Program-made: the position numbers and the translations under genes
Part shown: one piece after another, positions 1 to 11,406 of the stretch
Layout of the letters: each line of letters begins with the position of its first letter
How positions within the stretch are numbered: the stretch's first letter is position 1
Source: Octopus vulgaris
Taxonomy: Eukaryota
Length of the DNA: 64,000 nt
Direction: 5' to 3'
NCBI GenBank assembly: GCA_951406725.2
Contig: OX597825.1
Coordinates: 23,312,001-23,376,000 of the forward strand
Notes under the pieces: generated by a model
Databases searched by the model: none
The model's input: the letters and a program-made list of their open reading frames with translations, nothing else
What the model was told of the DNA's origin: nothing

Positions 1-1570
1 CCGCAGAAACAGTGTATCCTCATCACAGAAGCAGAAATATACTGCATGCCATGAACTAAATAATTTACATAACCTGTTCTATATATTCACTGTTGAACCA
101 TCTAACACATGCCAGCATGCAGAAAAGAAGTAAATCATACCAACAAAACTGATGATTTACTGTGGGAGAGACAGGAAATGTTAAAAATACCTAAGTTTCT
201 TCAAAGTATATATTGCTTTATAGCATTCACAAATTTTGACCTTCATTAATAGTGCGTAATATGATACAATATTGCTGTTTTGTACTTTCATTTCACGCTA
301 GAAATCTGCATATGATGATGATGATGGTAGTGATGGTGATGATAATGATGGTGGTGGTGATGACTGAAGTTTTGTATTTTCTTTTTTTCTTTGTTTTCAT
401 GCCAGACAGAATGAAAATAAGAAACGAAGGTGAAACAAATACTATAGGTGTATGGAATGAAGCTATCTTGATGCATTATTTAACCATGCTTGGATCTCCG
501 TCAGTTATGGTGATGACGGTTCCAGCTGATTCGATCAACAGAACAGCCAGCTCACGAAATTAAAGTGCAAGTGGCTGAGTACTTCACAGACATGTCATTC
601 TTGAAATAAATAATTACATATTAAAATATCAAAGCTACAAGATTAAAAAAATGATAAATTCAAAAGAATGTGAATAAATAAGCATTACATTTGACAATAA
701 TCTGAATTAATTGGAAATATTAAATTTCTAAATCTCTCATAAAGATATGTACGGTGGTGGGGCGATAGAATGGTTGTATACTGTCAGTCTAACGTGAACG
801 TGACAGTAGGGGGTTACACCACCGCTGTTTAGCCTTAGGAAGCATTGACGCTTCCTGATGGCTTCGACACATTTTTCCTGTGTCCTTATATACATTTACG
901 AAGGGGAGACAAACATCCCTCAGCAGCCAGGCCTTGGCTTAAACTTTGATATTTAACACTGTAATTTAACCGTTTAGCATTCAGATAATTCTATGAAATA
1001 TAATGATATAATGCCTACCCATTCATATTATGAAAACCATGCCAAAACTGAATTTGCCTGTGTGAGTGCCATGTAAAATGCACTCTACAGAGTGGTTGGC
1101 ATTAGGAAGGGAATCCAGCTGTAAAGATCATGCCAAAACCGACACAGAAGCATGGTGCAGGCTCCTGCCTAGCCAGCTCCTATTAAATAGTCCAACCCAT
1201 GCCAGCATGGAAGGAGGATATTAAATGATGATGATGATGATGATTTTTAATTAAATCATACATTAAGTTGTAGCTTTGAGATTTCAATGATGTGAATGTT
1301 TATGGTTTGAATGACATTGTAGAGTATGTGTGAGAGACCAGATACAGCCAGTCTGAGCATAAAACAAGTAAAACATTTGGGGCCAGATATGGCCGGTTTA
1401 AATGATAAAAAGGGTTACATATCCTGGAAACCATGTCAAAGATAAAGAATAAAATAGTTTCTCAAATTATGAAAATGTACCCCTATGTACCCCTAATGGT
1501 GCATAGGACGGCTGTGTGAAGTTTGCAATAAACCACCAGGGGTACATGTGACAGTTAATATGTTAATGTA

Positions 1571-2137
1571 TTGGATTGTCTGGAAAATTCGTGCCGATTT
1601 ATTGTAGCTTACCTTTCGACTTATTTTAAAACATGTTTGAGTCCATAAAATAGGATTTCACTACACCTCCATTTAGAGCACAGTTTAAGCTATCTTTTTG
1701 TGGAAGAAGGTTTATGTTCCTATAACCTGTGTTAATTCTGTAACCCTTCAAAATGGAAGATAAGAAAGTTCATTTTCGGCACTTGATGCTTTTCTTTTTC
1801 CGTAAAGGGAAAAAAACCTCAAAAGCAACCAAAGAAATATGCACAGTTTACGTTGATGCTTCTTTATCCAAAAGAACTGTATGGAACTGTTTGCAAGGTT
1901 CCGAGCTGGAGATTGTAGCCTTATTGATAAAGAGCAATCAGGCAAACCATCCACTACAGATGATGACAAAATTAAGCCATTAATTGCGAATAACCCACAT
2001 TGCACAACCCAAGAATTGGCAGAAAGCCTCAACCTATTAAAATCTGTCGTTCATGAGCACCTGGTAAAGCTTTGGTAATGGCTTACTGACCTTTTTCTTT
2101 CCTTTAAAAATCAGCACAAACTTTCCAGACAACCCAA
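1571..2137 (+). mobile_element. Internally deleted mariner (Tc1/mariner) element retaining only the N-terminal HTH coding region
   Basis: ~30-bp TIRs (ttggattgtctggaaaattcgtgccgattt / aaatcagcacaaactttccagacaacccaa) flanked by TA. Frameshifted ORF pieces MEDKKVHFRHLMLFFFRKG... and FARFRAGDCSLIDKEQSGKPST...TTQELAESL...VHEHL are typical of the mariner DNA-binding domain. Confidence 0.9.
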
Positions 2138-2192
2138 TAATAAAAACATATTTTTTTACTATGCACAGCTGAAGCTGGGATGTATCTGATAA

Positions 2193-2421
2193 GGCGGCGA
2201 GCTGGCAGAATCGTTAGCACGCCAGGCGAAATGCTTAGCGGTATTTCGTCTGTCATTACGTTCTGAGTTCAAATTCCGCCGAGGTCAACTTTGCCTTTCA
2301 TCCTTTCGGGGTCGATAAATAAAGTACCAGTTTCGCACTGGGGTCGATATAATCGACTCAATCCCTTCGTCTGTCCTTGTTTGTCCCCTCTATGTTTAGC
2401 TCCTTGTGAGCAGTAAAGAAA
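2193..2421 (+). mobile_element. tRNA-derived SINE, family 1 (Meta-domain-like centre); representative of many copies
   Basis: Head ggcggcgagctggcag (A box) ... gagttcaaattcc (B box), centre gcctttcatcctttcggggtcgataaa, AT-rich tail. Other copies at ~3545-4118, 15010-15470, 28710-28895, 30770-30940, 39782-39995, 40150-40280, 55200-55540 and 56440-56810. Confidence 0.85.
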
Positions 2422-2803
2422 TCTCTCTCTATATAAACGGCAGTTTGTCTGTGCGTTTTCTGTGTGTCTGTTTTCTCGTACCCTCACTCTGACCACGGCT
2501 TTCAACCGATTCTGATGAAACTTGACACACACATAGCCCAATGTCATAATTCAAAACTAACGCAGCGAAAATTTTGAAAAGTTCCCCCAGTTCTGAAAAA
2601 ATCGATAAATTCGACATGGGGTCGAGAATCAGAAACCCAAACCACAGACCGTCTAGGGGACGCAACTCCACCTTTTTTAACTCTCAAAAAAATTTACCAT
2701 CATTTTTTTCCCATTTTTTTGCTATTTTTTGGCTATAACTCTCTAAAAATGCTTTATAGTTATTTCCCTTACAAACCTGAGCAACGCCGGGCGATACTGC
2801 TAG
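2422..2803 (+). mobile_element. Non-autonomous Helitron, family A
   Basis: A|TC...CTAG|T termini with a subterminal hairpin (cc.gagcaacgccggg). Near-identical to 7702-8071. Confidence 0.85.
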
Positions 2804-4136
2804 TATATAATATATTTGTGTGCCTTTTATGCCATCAAATACAGCAGTATTAGTACAACAGGTTCTTGAGAATGTAAAAATTTAGTTATGTGATCATAAT
2901 GAAAGAGAAAACAGAAGTAAAATATATTGAGTTAGTCCCCTGTATCAATAGCTTCAATGAAAAATTGAAAAAATCATATAAAAGCAGCTGCTGTTTTTAA
3001 ATCTCCTTCCCAAATTATATAGACTCATAGGTCCAGTTTTCTGGTTTCTGTGGTGTATATCTTCCTCCTAGATAAGATGCCAGCCCAAAACAGGATTACT
3101 CACTTTTACAAGCTGAGTGAACTGGAGCGATGTGAAATGATGCATTTTGCTCAAGAACATAACACATCACTCAGTCCAGGAATTGAAACCACAAACTTAC
3201 GATCACAAGTGCAACACCCTTAACCATTAAACCACGTGCCTCTACTGTTTTTGAAGGGCTATCATCAACTAGTTAGAATGATCTAATTCTGTCAATGTCA
3301 ATTAATATTGTCTTTTTGGGGGTTTTTTTGTATCAAATTAAAAAGCAAATTACAGAAAGAATCTATGTAGCTGTTTTAATGGTTGAAATCTCCAATCTAA
3401 GTAATTTGTCACAACTGTCATCACTTGTGCTTCATATTGATTGAAATGTGAACAAATATGTAAAATGTTTTATGGATAAACCAAGGTTTAGTGAAGACCA
3501 AAATTCTGAGACTATTTTAGAGTTTATTGTTATTATTATTATTATTATTTTCTACTCTAGGCACAAGGCCGGAAATTTTGGGGGAGGGGGCCAGCCGATT
3601 AGATCAATCTCAGTACACAACTGGTACTTAATTTATGGACCCCGAAAGGTTGAAAGGCAAAGTCGACCCCGGCGGAATTTGAACTCAGTACGTAAAGACA
3701 GACAAAATACTGCTAAGTATTTCGCCCGGCGTGCTAATGTTTCTGCCAGCTCACCTCCTTATTTCTTTACTAACCACAAGGGCCTAAACATAGAGGGGAC
3801 AAACAAGGACAGACAAACGGATTAAGTCCCGAAAGGTTGAAAGGCAAAGTCGACCTCGGCGGAATTTGAACTCAGAACTTAGGGGTAGACGAAATACTGT
3901 TAAGCATTTCGCCTGGCGTGCTGATCATTCTGCCAACTCACTGCCCTAACAATAATAGTAAGGCGGTGAGCTGGCAGGTCGACTTGGCCTTTCATCCTTT
4001 TGGGGTCGATTAAATAAGTACCAGTTACACACTGGTGTCGATATAATCGACTTAATCCGTTTGTCTGTCCTTGTTTGTTCTCTCCGTGTTTAGCCCCTTG
4101 TGGGTAATAAACAAATAAAAATAAGTATCAGCTGAG

Positions 4137-4526
4137 GGCGATCTTTCGTCTCTAGTAGACCTTTCCGTCGATTTCCGTAAAAATTTTTTTTTTTTTTACA
4201 TATGGGCTTGCGGGAACTTTTGAAGTAATATACATACATATACACATACACCGAGTAAAAATTTCAGTTATCTCTTTCTTTCACACATACTAACAGAAGC
4301 ACTTCACTTACACAACATATTGTCTGTCTCCCACACCCCATCAAACACACACACACACATGTACATCAATGCTTCACATGCACGGTAACTTCAAAAGAAC
4401 TTCCCTCGTCATACAATCGCTTTCTCTTAGTCTCTTTCGCTCCCATTACTTCAAAAGTTCCCGCAAGCCCATATATAAAAAAAAAAATTTGTTTACGGAA
4501 AGGTCTACTAGAGACGAAAGATTGCC
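4137..4526. mobile_element. MITE with ~90-bp TIRs and GG...CC ends (Merlin/MULE-like)
   Basis: ggcgatctttcgtctctagtagacctttccgt...tatgggcttgcgggaacttttgaagtaat is matched in reverse complement at 4446-4526. The terminus GGC[GA]ATCTT is shared with the 21388 element. No TSD is visible. Confidence 0.75.
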
Positions 4527-5758
4527 GAAAGGATTGTTATTATTATCGCTACCACGCCAGAAAAAATGCGTTGTTCCATTTCGTCTGCCTCTATGTTCTG
4601 AGTTCAAATTTCGCCAAGGTTGACTGCCTTTCATCTTTGTTCGATTTTGCAACTAGTCCAATCTCTAGACGTACTACTATCCGCACTAGCTAGTCGTGAC
4701 TAGTCGATCCTTACTTTGTGTTTTTGTTTTATTTACTTTGTGTAAAAAAATTATTTATTGGATCTTGTGTTTTTATTTACTTTGCTAGGTAGTCGTTGTA
4801 GGATCGACTAGTCACGACTAGCTAACGCGCACCGGGACCACTCTTCTTAAGTAGTATCGACGTGTCCTGTCTTTTTGAGTGTACATGTGTTCTTGTTTAC
4901 ATCATGTCCTCTGGTGTTCCGTAACTGGCATACCTGCAGTTTCGTCATTAAAGATTTTGATTGTCTGGGGAGCGACATTCTCTTTTAGTACCTTATTACT
5001 TAACACACGCACCGGTTCGATTTCCACTCATTTACTTACTCATTTTTTCTAAAATCATTGTTGTGTCTTGTTGACTCTCTTTCTAAAGATTGTATATTGT
5101 AATGAAATTTTGAATACATTTTCGAGGTTACAGATTACGATTATTCTAAACATATTCCACACATACAAATGAGGGCAAAAATTCCTTTTGGTTCCCCCAG
5201 GTGTTGAAAATCATTCCCCAATTCATCTTATTTATTTTTTATCAGATTTAAAGTTATCTATACTATTCAAAACGTATTTCTGCAAAATACATTTAAAAAC
5301 ATGCATTTTTAAAAAAAAGTTACGATGATACAATGTCAGGAAGAGGAAAAGTTGACCCGAAAGTCCTTTAAAAGAACTGTTTAAAGTTACCAAAATAATC
5401 ATAATCTACACCCTCGTAATCATAATCTACACCGGAAACGAATATCATTTAAAAACAAGTAGAAATCTTTTTAGTGTTATGAAAAAACAAAGTTACAAGA
5501 TGGGGCCTTAAACTGCAGTTATGCTCTGTGAATTAGCGATCGATGAAAACTAACCTAAATGGAGTCGATATGACCGGACTAAACTATTGAAGATGACACC
5601 CCAATACGATTGCAAACCAGTAATTGAGAACTAGTAAAAGAATCTCAAATATTTAATCACTACTGCATTATTTTGTAGGCGTTGTATGAATCAAAGATAT
5701 CAAGAATAATATTAAAAACATGAGAACAACGACGAAGTTAATTAAATACAATACTCAC

Positions 5759-6175
5759 CATATAGAATGGACTTCCAACGGCGGCTCCGATACAGCCAGC
5801 AAGGGCACCGGCTAGAACACTTTGAGGGAAACTAACCCTTCCATCCTTGCCTCTGGTAAAACCCATATTGTCGAAAATCTGAAAAGACCCCAGTCTCACG
5901 CCGTTCATGAAAAACTGGTACCAGAGTGCAGGGACCAAGCCGTTTTGCAGTGCAAGAAAACCATCGTTTTTAGCAATGGTGTAGAAAGCATGGAACACAT
6001 GGCGATAGTGTACGGTGTAGAGGCCCTTCGCTTTCAGTTCCCCTTGCAGTTGCATGCGGGTTTTGACCACCTCGAGTGGGTTGGTGAAAAGCCCTGCACC
6101 CGACGAGGATAAACCTCCGAGGATGAATTCGATCTTGTTCGACCGTGGCTGTTGTTGTTTTTTTCTACTCTCCAT
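5759..6175 (-). CDS. SLC25A35: First coding exon of a mitochondrial carrier, SLC25A35/SLC25A34-like (yeast OAC1 family)
   Basis: Translation [32 protein letters not shown]...[18 protein letters not shown]...[14 protein letters not shown] carries the carrier signature Px[DE]xx[KR]xR (PLEVVKTR) and the QLQGEL / NGVRLG motifs of SLC25A34/35. It ends at a canonical donor ATG|GTGAGT (intron starts 5758, phase 0; 417 nt = 139 codons). No downstream exon was found in 1-5758. Confidence 0.92.
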
Positions 6176-6280
6176 TCCGTCAACATGTGGCCCCTACCGA
6201 AAGGATAAACACACTGAAATAAAATAATTTTTAAAAAAAGGGGGTAAAATAATAATAAAAAAAAAGAGGAAAAAATACTA
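6176..6280 (-). other. Probable splice acceptor and short 5'UTR portion of the SLC25A35-like exon (exon would start at 6213)
   Basis: The minus strand reads a long pyrimidine tract ending tattttatttcag|TGTGTTTATCC, 38 nt upstream of the ATG, which suggests an upstream non-coding exon. Confidence 0.45.
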
Positions 6281-6619
6281 TTATGACAACACCAAAACGT
6301 GGTGGTGGTAGTGACGGTCGCGGTGCGGCGGTTGGTGGGACTCTTGGTATTACTGATAGTAGTAGTAGTAGTAGTAGTAGTAGTAATTGTAGTAGTAATA
6401 GTAGCGGGTGGTGGTGGTCGCAGTGCGGCGGTAGGTGGGACTCTTGGTATTACTATAGTGGTGGTGGTAGTAGTAGTAATTGTAGTAGTAATAATAATTG
6501 TTATAGTAGTAGTAGTAATAATAATTGTTGTAGTAGTAGTAATTGCTGTTTGTAGTAGTAGCAGTAGTAATTGTTGTTGTACTAGTAGTAAGCAAACGTT
6601 TAATAACTACTAACTAAAC

Positions 6620-7440
6620 TTATGAACGTCATCACCTCGAACTTTATTTCGAGTTTCGGTCTTTAATTTCTTTCAACAACAATCATTCATGAACTTTTTT
6701 AAGACTGACGATGGAAAACGAAATAAACGAATAAATAAAACGAAGTTCTCTTTTTTTTTTTTTATATAACCATTACGATTTATCGCTTAATTACGTAAGA
6801 GTTTCCAAGCTACGCATCAACGTTTTATTTTGTTCTTAAACAATGAGTTGAAGTGAAGTTGTGTGACTAGAAATAAATTTTTTCAAACGTGTTTTTGATG
6901 TGCTCCGTCATATAAGCAAGTTAATCTTGTTATGTATAAAGTTATAAACAAAGTTTAAAACTTTTTCGTGTCAGCTTTTTGCGAAACTAAGTCAAATGTA
7001 GAACAGGCGTGACTGAGACATTTACTTCTTTAGAAAAACATATGTATTAAGTTTTTTTCTTTTTTTTTTTTTGTCCGATCGGCTAACACCCAGAAAACGT
7101 GGCGGGACAAATAAAATACAATATTTTAGTGGTGACTCGGGGGATATTTGTTTCGTGGAGAGGTTTATCTTTTTACTTGCGAATTGTGACAGTACTCATG
7201 ACCTGTAAAGATATTTCTATGATTGGTGGGAGAAAAATAAGAAGGTGGCCTCAAACTGCAAGCCGGGTGTCACACGACTCCGTTTCAGATACCCGAGCAA
7301 ACTTGGTATGGTTTTTAAACTGGGTTTTAAACGGGGCAACAGGTTAGCTTACTACCAAATAAAATTTACCTAAGCGAAGGGGATGCGAATCGAACCCGCG
7401 CTTCCGAAATCACTGGTACTTCACTCCGCCGACTTTGAAC
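6620..7440. promoter_or_regulatory. Putative bidirectional promoter / first-exon region between the SLC25A35-like gene (-) and the plus-strand gene
   Basis: Apparently non-repetitive and CpG-enriched relative to background. Contains an E2F-type GGCGGGA (~7101), a reverse CCAAT (ATTGG ~7222) and candidate plus-strand donors TTG|GTATGG (~7306) and CAG|GTTAGC (~7343). Confidence 0.4.
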
Positions 7441-7670
7441 ACTTTGAAACAACAAGAAGAAAAAGAGAGTGGAATGAAAATCAACGCCAGCTGAACTAAT
7501 TATGATATTATAAACCTAGCATGGTTAATGCAAATTATTTTTTAATCTTCAGCTTTTTTTTTTCATTAAGAATGGAGGTTGCTCTCCCTATATCATTGCT
7601 TAAAACACTTTACGTCTCTCTCTCCCTCTCCTATATGTAACAGGGTCACGTGTACCCATACATTATGTGT

Positions 7671-7701
<31 letters not shown>

Positions 7702-7702
<1 letters not shown>

Positions 7703-8071
7703 CTTCTCTATATATAAACGGCAGTTTGTCTGTGTGTGTGTCTGTGTGTCTGTCAGGTTGTACCCTCACCCTGACCATGGCTTTCAACCGATTCTGATGA
7801 AACTTGACACACACATAGCCCAATGTCATAATTCAAAACTAACGCAGCGAAAATTTTGAAAAAGTTCCCCCAGTTCTGAAAAAAATCGATAAATTCGACA
7901 TGGGGTCGAGAATCAGAAACACAAACCACAGACTGTCTAGGGGACGCAACTCGACCTTTTTAACTCTCATAATTTTTTTCCATTTTTTTCTATTTTTTGG
8001 CTATAACTCTCTAAAAATGCTTTATAGTTATTTCCCTTACAAACCCAAGCAACGCCGGGCGATACTGCTAG
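7702..8071 (+). mobile_element. Non-autonomous Helitron, family A (second copy)
   Basis: TC start after (TA)n, 3' cccaagcaacgccgggcgatactgCTAG|T, collinear with 2422-2803. Confidence 0.85.
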
Positions 8072-8336
8072 TATATATATATACAAATGTGTGTGTGCGT
8101 ACATAATATATATATATATAAAACTGAGGATGGGTGTGGGTGTGTCTGTCTGTCTGTCAGTCTGTTTATCTCTCAGGCTGTGTGTGAATCACTAAAACTC
8201 GAGACCTACCCAACCGATTTCATTCAAATTTAACACATGCATTACTTAGTGTCATGGGCCAAAAATATTTTCGACTTCTTGCCTAATGCGGGCCCGGAGC
8301 AACCTCCTTGACTGGTTCTGTATTACGTGTCAAAAG

Positions 8337-10990
8337 TGTAACGAAGGATCTGTTATCGATTCACTGAAAGGGTGTCGATATCCGATCTAGTCACATACAA
8401 TTTTATAAGACAATACAGACGAAGTCAGGTTGTAGGTAAAAAGACAGCAGTTCGTTTATTTATTGCGATGTCGTACGTGTGTCTGATGGGAGAAAGACAA
8501 CCTCTGATGTGCAGCTTCTTGTTAGTTTGTTGATGGTCGTTGGCGGCTATGTCGGTAAGGTTGTCAGAGCCTGTTGAATGTACGTCCGATCGTGTTGAGC
8601 TGTGGAGCTGGAGAGAAAGATTTGAGTTTGGCGGGTAAGGGAACGTTTCCCGCACATGCGCATGGGGAAGACTTCCGGTGGCCACCCGGAAGTAGTCCCA
8701 TTCTGTGCATGCGCGCTGAACCCTACACAGTAGCATCACTACAAGGCTCCCCTTCGAGTGCGAAGTACGACAACAAGAAAATTTGTGGTGGTGCTGCAGA
8801 AAACAGAAGGCTTGCCGATCCCCCAGAAGACTTGGTACATAATATCATACAATATAACAAAATGGCAGAATTTATAATATACATAAGAAATTCACCAAAA
8901 GGAAAAAAAAAGAAAAAATACTCAAAATGAGCAAAATCAAAGGTGCATGTGTGAATAAGAATAGCTTCCGGCCAACGTGAGAAATGATCGATAAAGTTAA
9001 ATATATATGAGAACCCGCTGACTCACAGGCCATGGTCCAACCAAATCAAGGTGGACATGGCGAAAACGGGCTTCAGGAGAAGAAAACTGTCCAAGTGGAG
9101 CACGAACGTATCCATGGACCTTATCACTCTGGCACTTCAAACAAGAGCGTGCCCAAGAGGTAATCGATCGTCGCATATTGGGCCAAAAGAACTGTGGCAG
9201 AGTTACCTGGATGTGACAGTGAATGAGGAGCATCAAACACAGAACGTTGATGTTTCTCAGGTACTAATGGTCTAGGTGAACCGGTGGATACGTCACAATG
9301 TATAGAGCCTTCCGCTGAAAGGAGCGGAAGCTAGGCAAACTTGCAGTTAATAAACTTAGGCGAAGTTAAATCCAACTCCTCTAAAGGTGGTTGATCCTGC
9401 GAAATAGCAGTTAAGTCAATTGCTGCAGGAGAGGAAATGGAACTGGCAGATAGATCACTAGTAACACAAAAGGCAGACAGTGCTTCAGCTGAAAGTGTAA
9501 GGTTAGCAAAGGTGACAGTGTAAGCATGCTGGAGTGATGCGCGAGACAGATAATTTTCTCTGTTAATTACGTGACCAACAGGGGTCTAAGAGGGGAAATT
9601 ACGCCTAAACATGGGCGCAGCGCAAGTGAACATCCGACGTTCTTTGAGTCGGGAAAAGAATTGAGCTGACGCAGACGTGTTGCAAAACAAGGCAGTACAC
9701 GTGCAGAACAGAGGTGCATGAGTGCAATAGGGCTTGCTAGGCTGAAACACAGCAATGAATATGCCAGTGGTTAATGTAGTAAGGCTGAGGCTGCCAGCCA
9801 GTGCTTGAGCGATTATATGCCTCGGTCGTGCAGGAACAAAAGTGTGGCATGCTGGCGCGTTGTAAGAGACAAACAACTTTCTCTATGTATGCGTGACCGA
9901 CCTAGGGTCTTACAGAGATGAGTTGTGTCTACAAAGGCAAATTTAGCATGGAAAAACAAGCGATAAAGGCATGTGTGACGTATGAATGTGACAGAGATAG
10001 CATTTGTGTGTGTACGTGTGTGCGACAGAAGTACAACAAGGTGAATGCGGACAAAAATAAAATACAGCGCATAGAAAAAAGTTTCTCAAGGTATCTCAGA
10101 CAAGCTGGAGTTAATTTACCAGTTCGTAATAGCATGATACATAATAGCAGTTCTTTCTGTAACAGAATGTTGAGATCACAAATGCAGATGCCGGTTGAAC
10201 ACATGTCGTGTAGCGGTTGTGGCTTCAATGCTGTGACAGGTTAAATTGGTACAGAAGATCTCGCAGGTAGACTGTGCTGTTAATGCTGGTGTGTATACAC
10301 GAACAGCGTGTACGCTAAACTTCCGCGAGTTGCTATGTACATCTTGTTGAGGTCGACGGTGTTGAAGGCGACAGTGATAGACTTGAGACACATTGTTGCT
10401 TAGTGTTGCTGGCGACGAAGATAACGACGACGTGAAGTTCTAAGACGACGGCAGAGAAAAAGCATCGATGATATGAAGGCGTCCATGGTGTATGTTAGTG
10501 TCGTCATTATTGCTGTAAATAAGAGAGGCTCCTTTTATAACTGTTTGAGGGGACCGGAAACAAATCGTCGAAGGATGATGACTGCGTAGAGTTGATCGTG
10601 TTCAGACTTAGCAGAAAAACTGGATGAAAAATGAATGTTCAGCGCTCTATCTGGCAAAAACCTGTTCGCTGCATCTTCTGTTCTGTTCTTTTTTTTCAAC
10701 TTGGGGTCACCAATTGTAACGAAGGATCTGTTATCGATTCACTGAAAGGGTGTCGATATCCGATCTTGTTAGTTTGTTGATGGTCGTTGGCGGCTATGTC
10801 GGTAAGGTTGTCAGAGCCTGTTGAATGTACGTCCGATCGTGTTGAGCTGTGGAGCCGGAGAGAAAGATTTGAGTTCGGCGGGTAAGGGAACGTTTCCCGC
10901 ACATGCGCATGGGGAAGACTTCCAGTGGCCACCCGGAAGTAGTCCCATTCTGCGCATGCGCGCGGAACCCTACACAGTAGCATCACTACA
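8337..10990 (-). mobile_element. Internally deleted Ty3/Gypsy LTR retrotransposon (~2.65 kb)
   Basis: LTRs at 8337-8743 (3' LTR, 407 bp) and 10715-10990 (5' LTR, 276 bp), TGT...ACA ends, 4-bp TSD AAAG, PBS TGGTGACCCC (tRNA-Trp type) next to the 5' LTR, PPT GAAGGGGAGCCT next to the 3' LTR. Confidence 0.93.
8997..9430 (-). pseudogene. Gypsy integrase remnant (HHCC zinc finger and start of catalytic core)
   Basis: CDVSTGSPRPLVPEKHQRSVFDAPHSLSHPG, then after a frameshift FFWPNMRRSITSWARSCLKCQSDKVHGYVRAPLGQFSSPEARFRHVHLDLVGP. An in-frame stop lies upstream. RT/RNaseH are not recognisable. Confidence 0.88.
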
Positions 10991-11324
10991 AAAGTGAAAC
11001 AATAACATCTATATTGTAATGTGATATAATATTGTTTTACTTTTATTCTTTCACTTTTAATTCTAATGTGATAACACATCTTATTTTCAGTTAACTGTTA
11101 CTAATTATCGTAGCAGTTGCAACGCTGCAAGTATTTACAGATACATATTAACACTTAATGCTCGAAATGTGGAGTAGATAGACAGCCGACAACTGATGAA
11201 GGGTTCTTTCTCTGTGTTTACTTGTTCTGTACTCCAGTTTTTCTCGTTGTTTATGTATATAACCCGTTTGTTTACGCATTTCATGTTGTTTGGACCGTTG
11301 GTGATGTCCTGTACCCATAAATGC

Positions 11325-11403
<79 letters not shown>

Positions 11404-11406
<3 letters not shown>

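Larger units (their letters stand above)
8108..11140 (+). mobile_element. Helitron-like element (family D) split by the Gypsy insertion
   Basis: 5' tatatatataaaactgag resembles the other Helitron 5' ends. Sequence resumes after the AAAG TSD (caaaag|tgaaacaataac). 3' hairpin ttgca-acgc-tgcaa near 11117-11130. Confidence 0.5.

Noticed and set aside
6296-6590. Twice-repeated gcggcgg..ggtgggactcttggtattact unit with (AGT)n spacers as a CRISPR-like array
   Set aside because: Eukaryotic context, only two units and microsatellite spacers; it is a simple tandem duplication.
11147-11328. CTGATGA-containing segment as an intact hammerhead ribozyme
   Set aside because: GAAA lies upstream rather than downstream of the CTGATGA and stems cannot be closed. 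It is more likely a truncated pseudo-LTR of another Penelope-like family.
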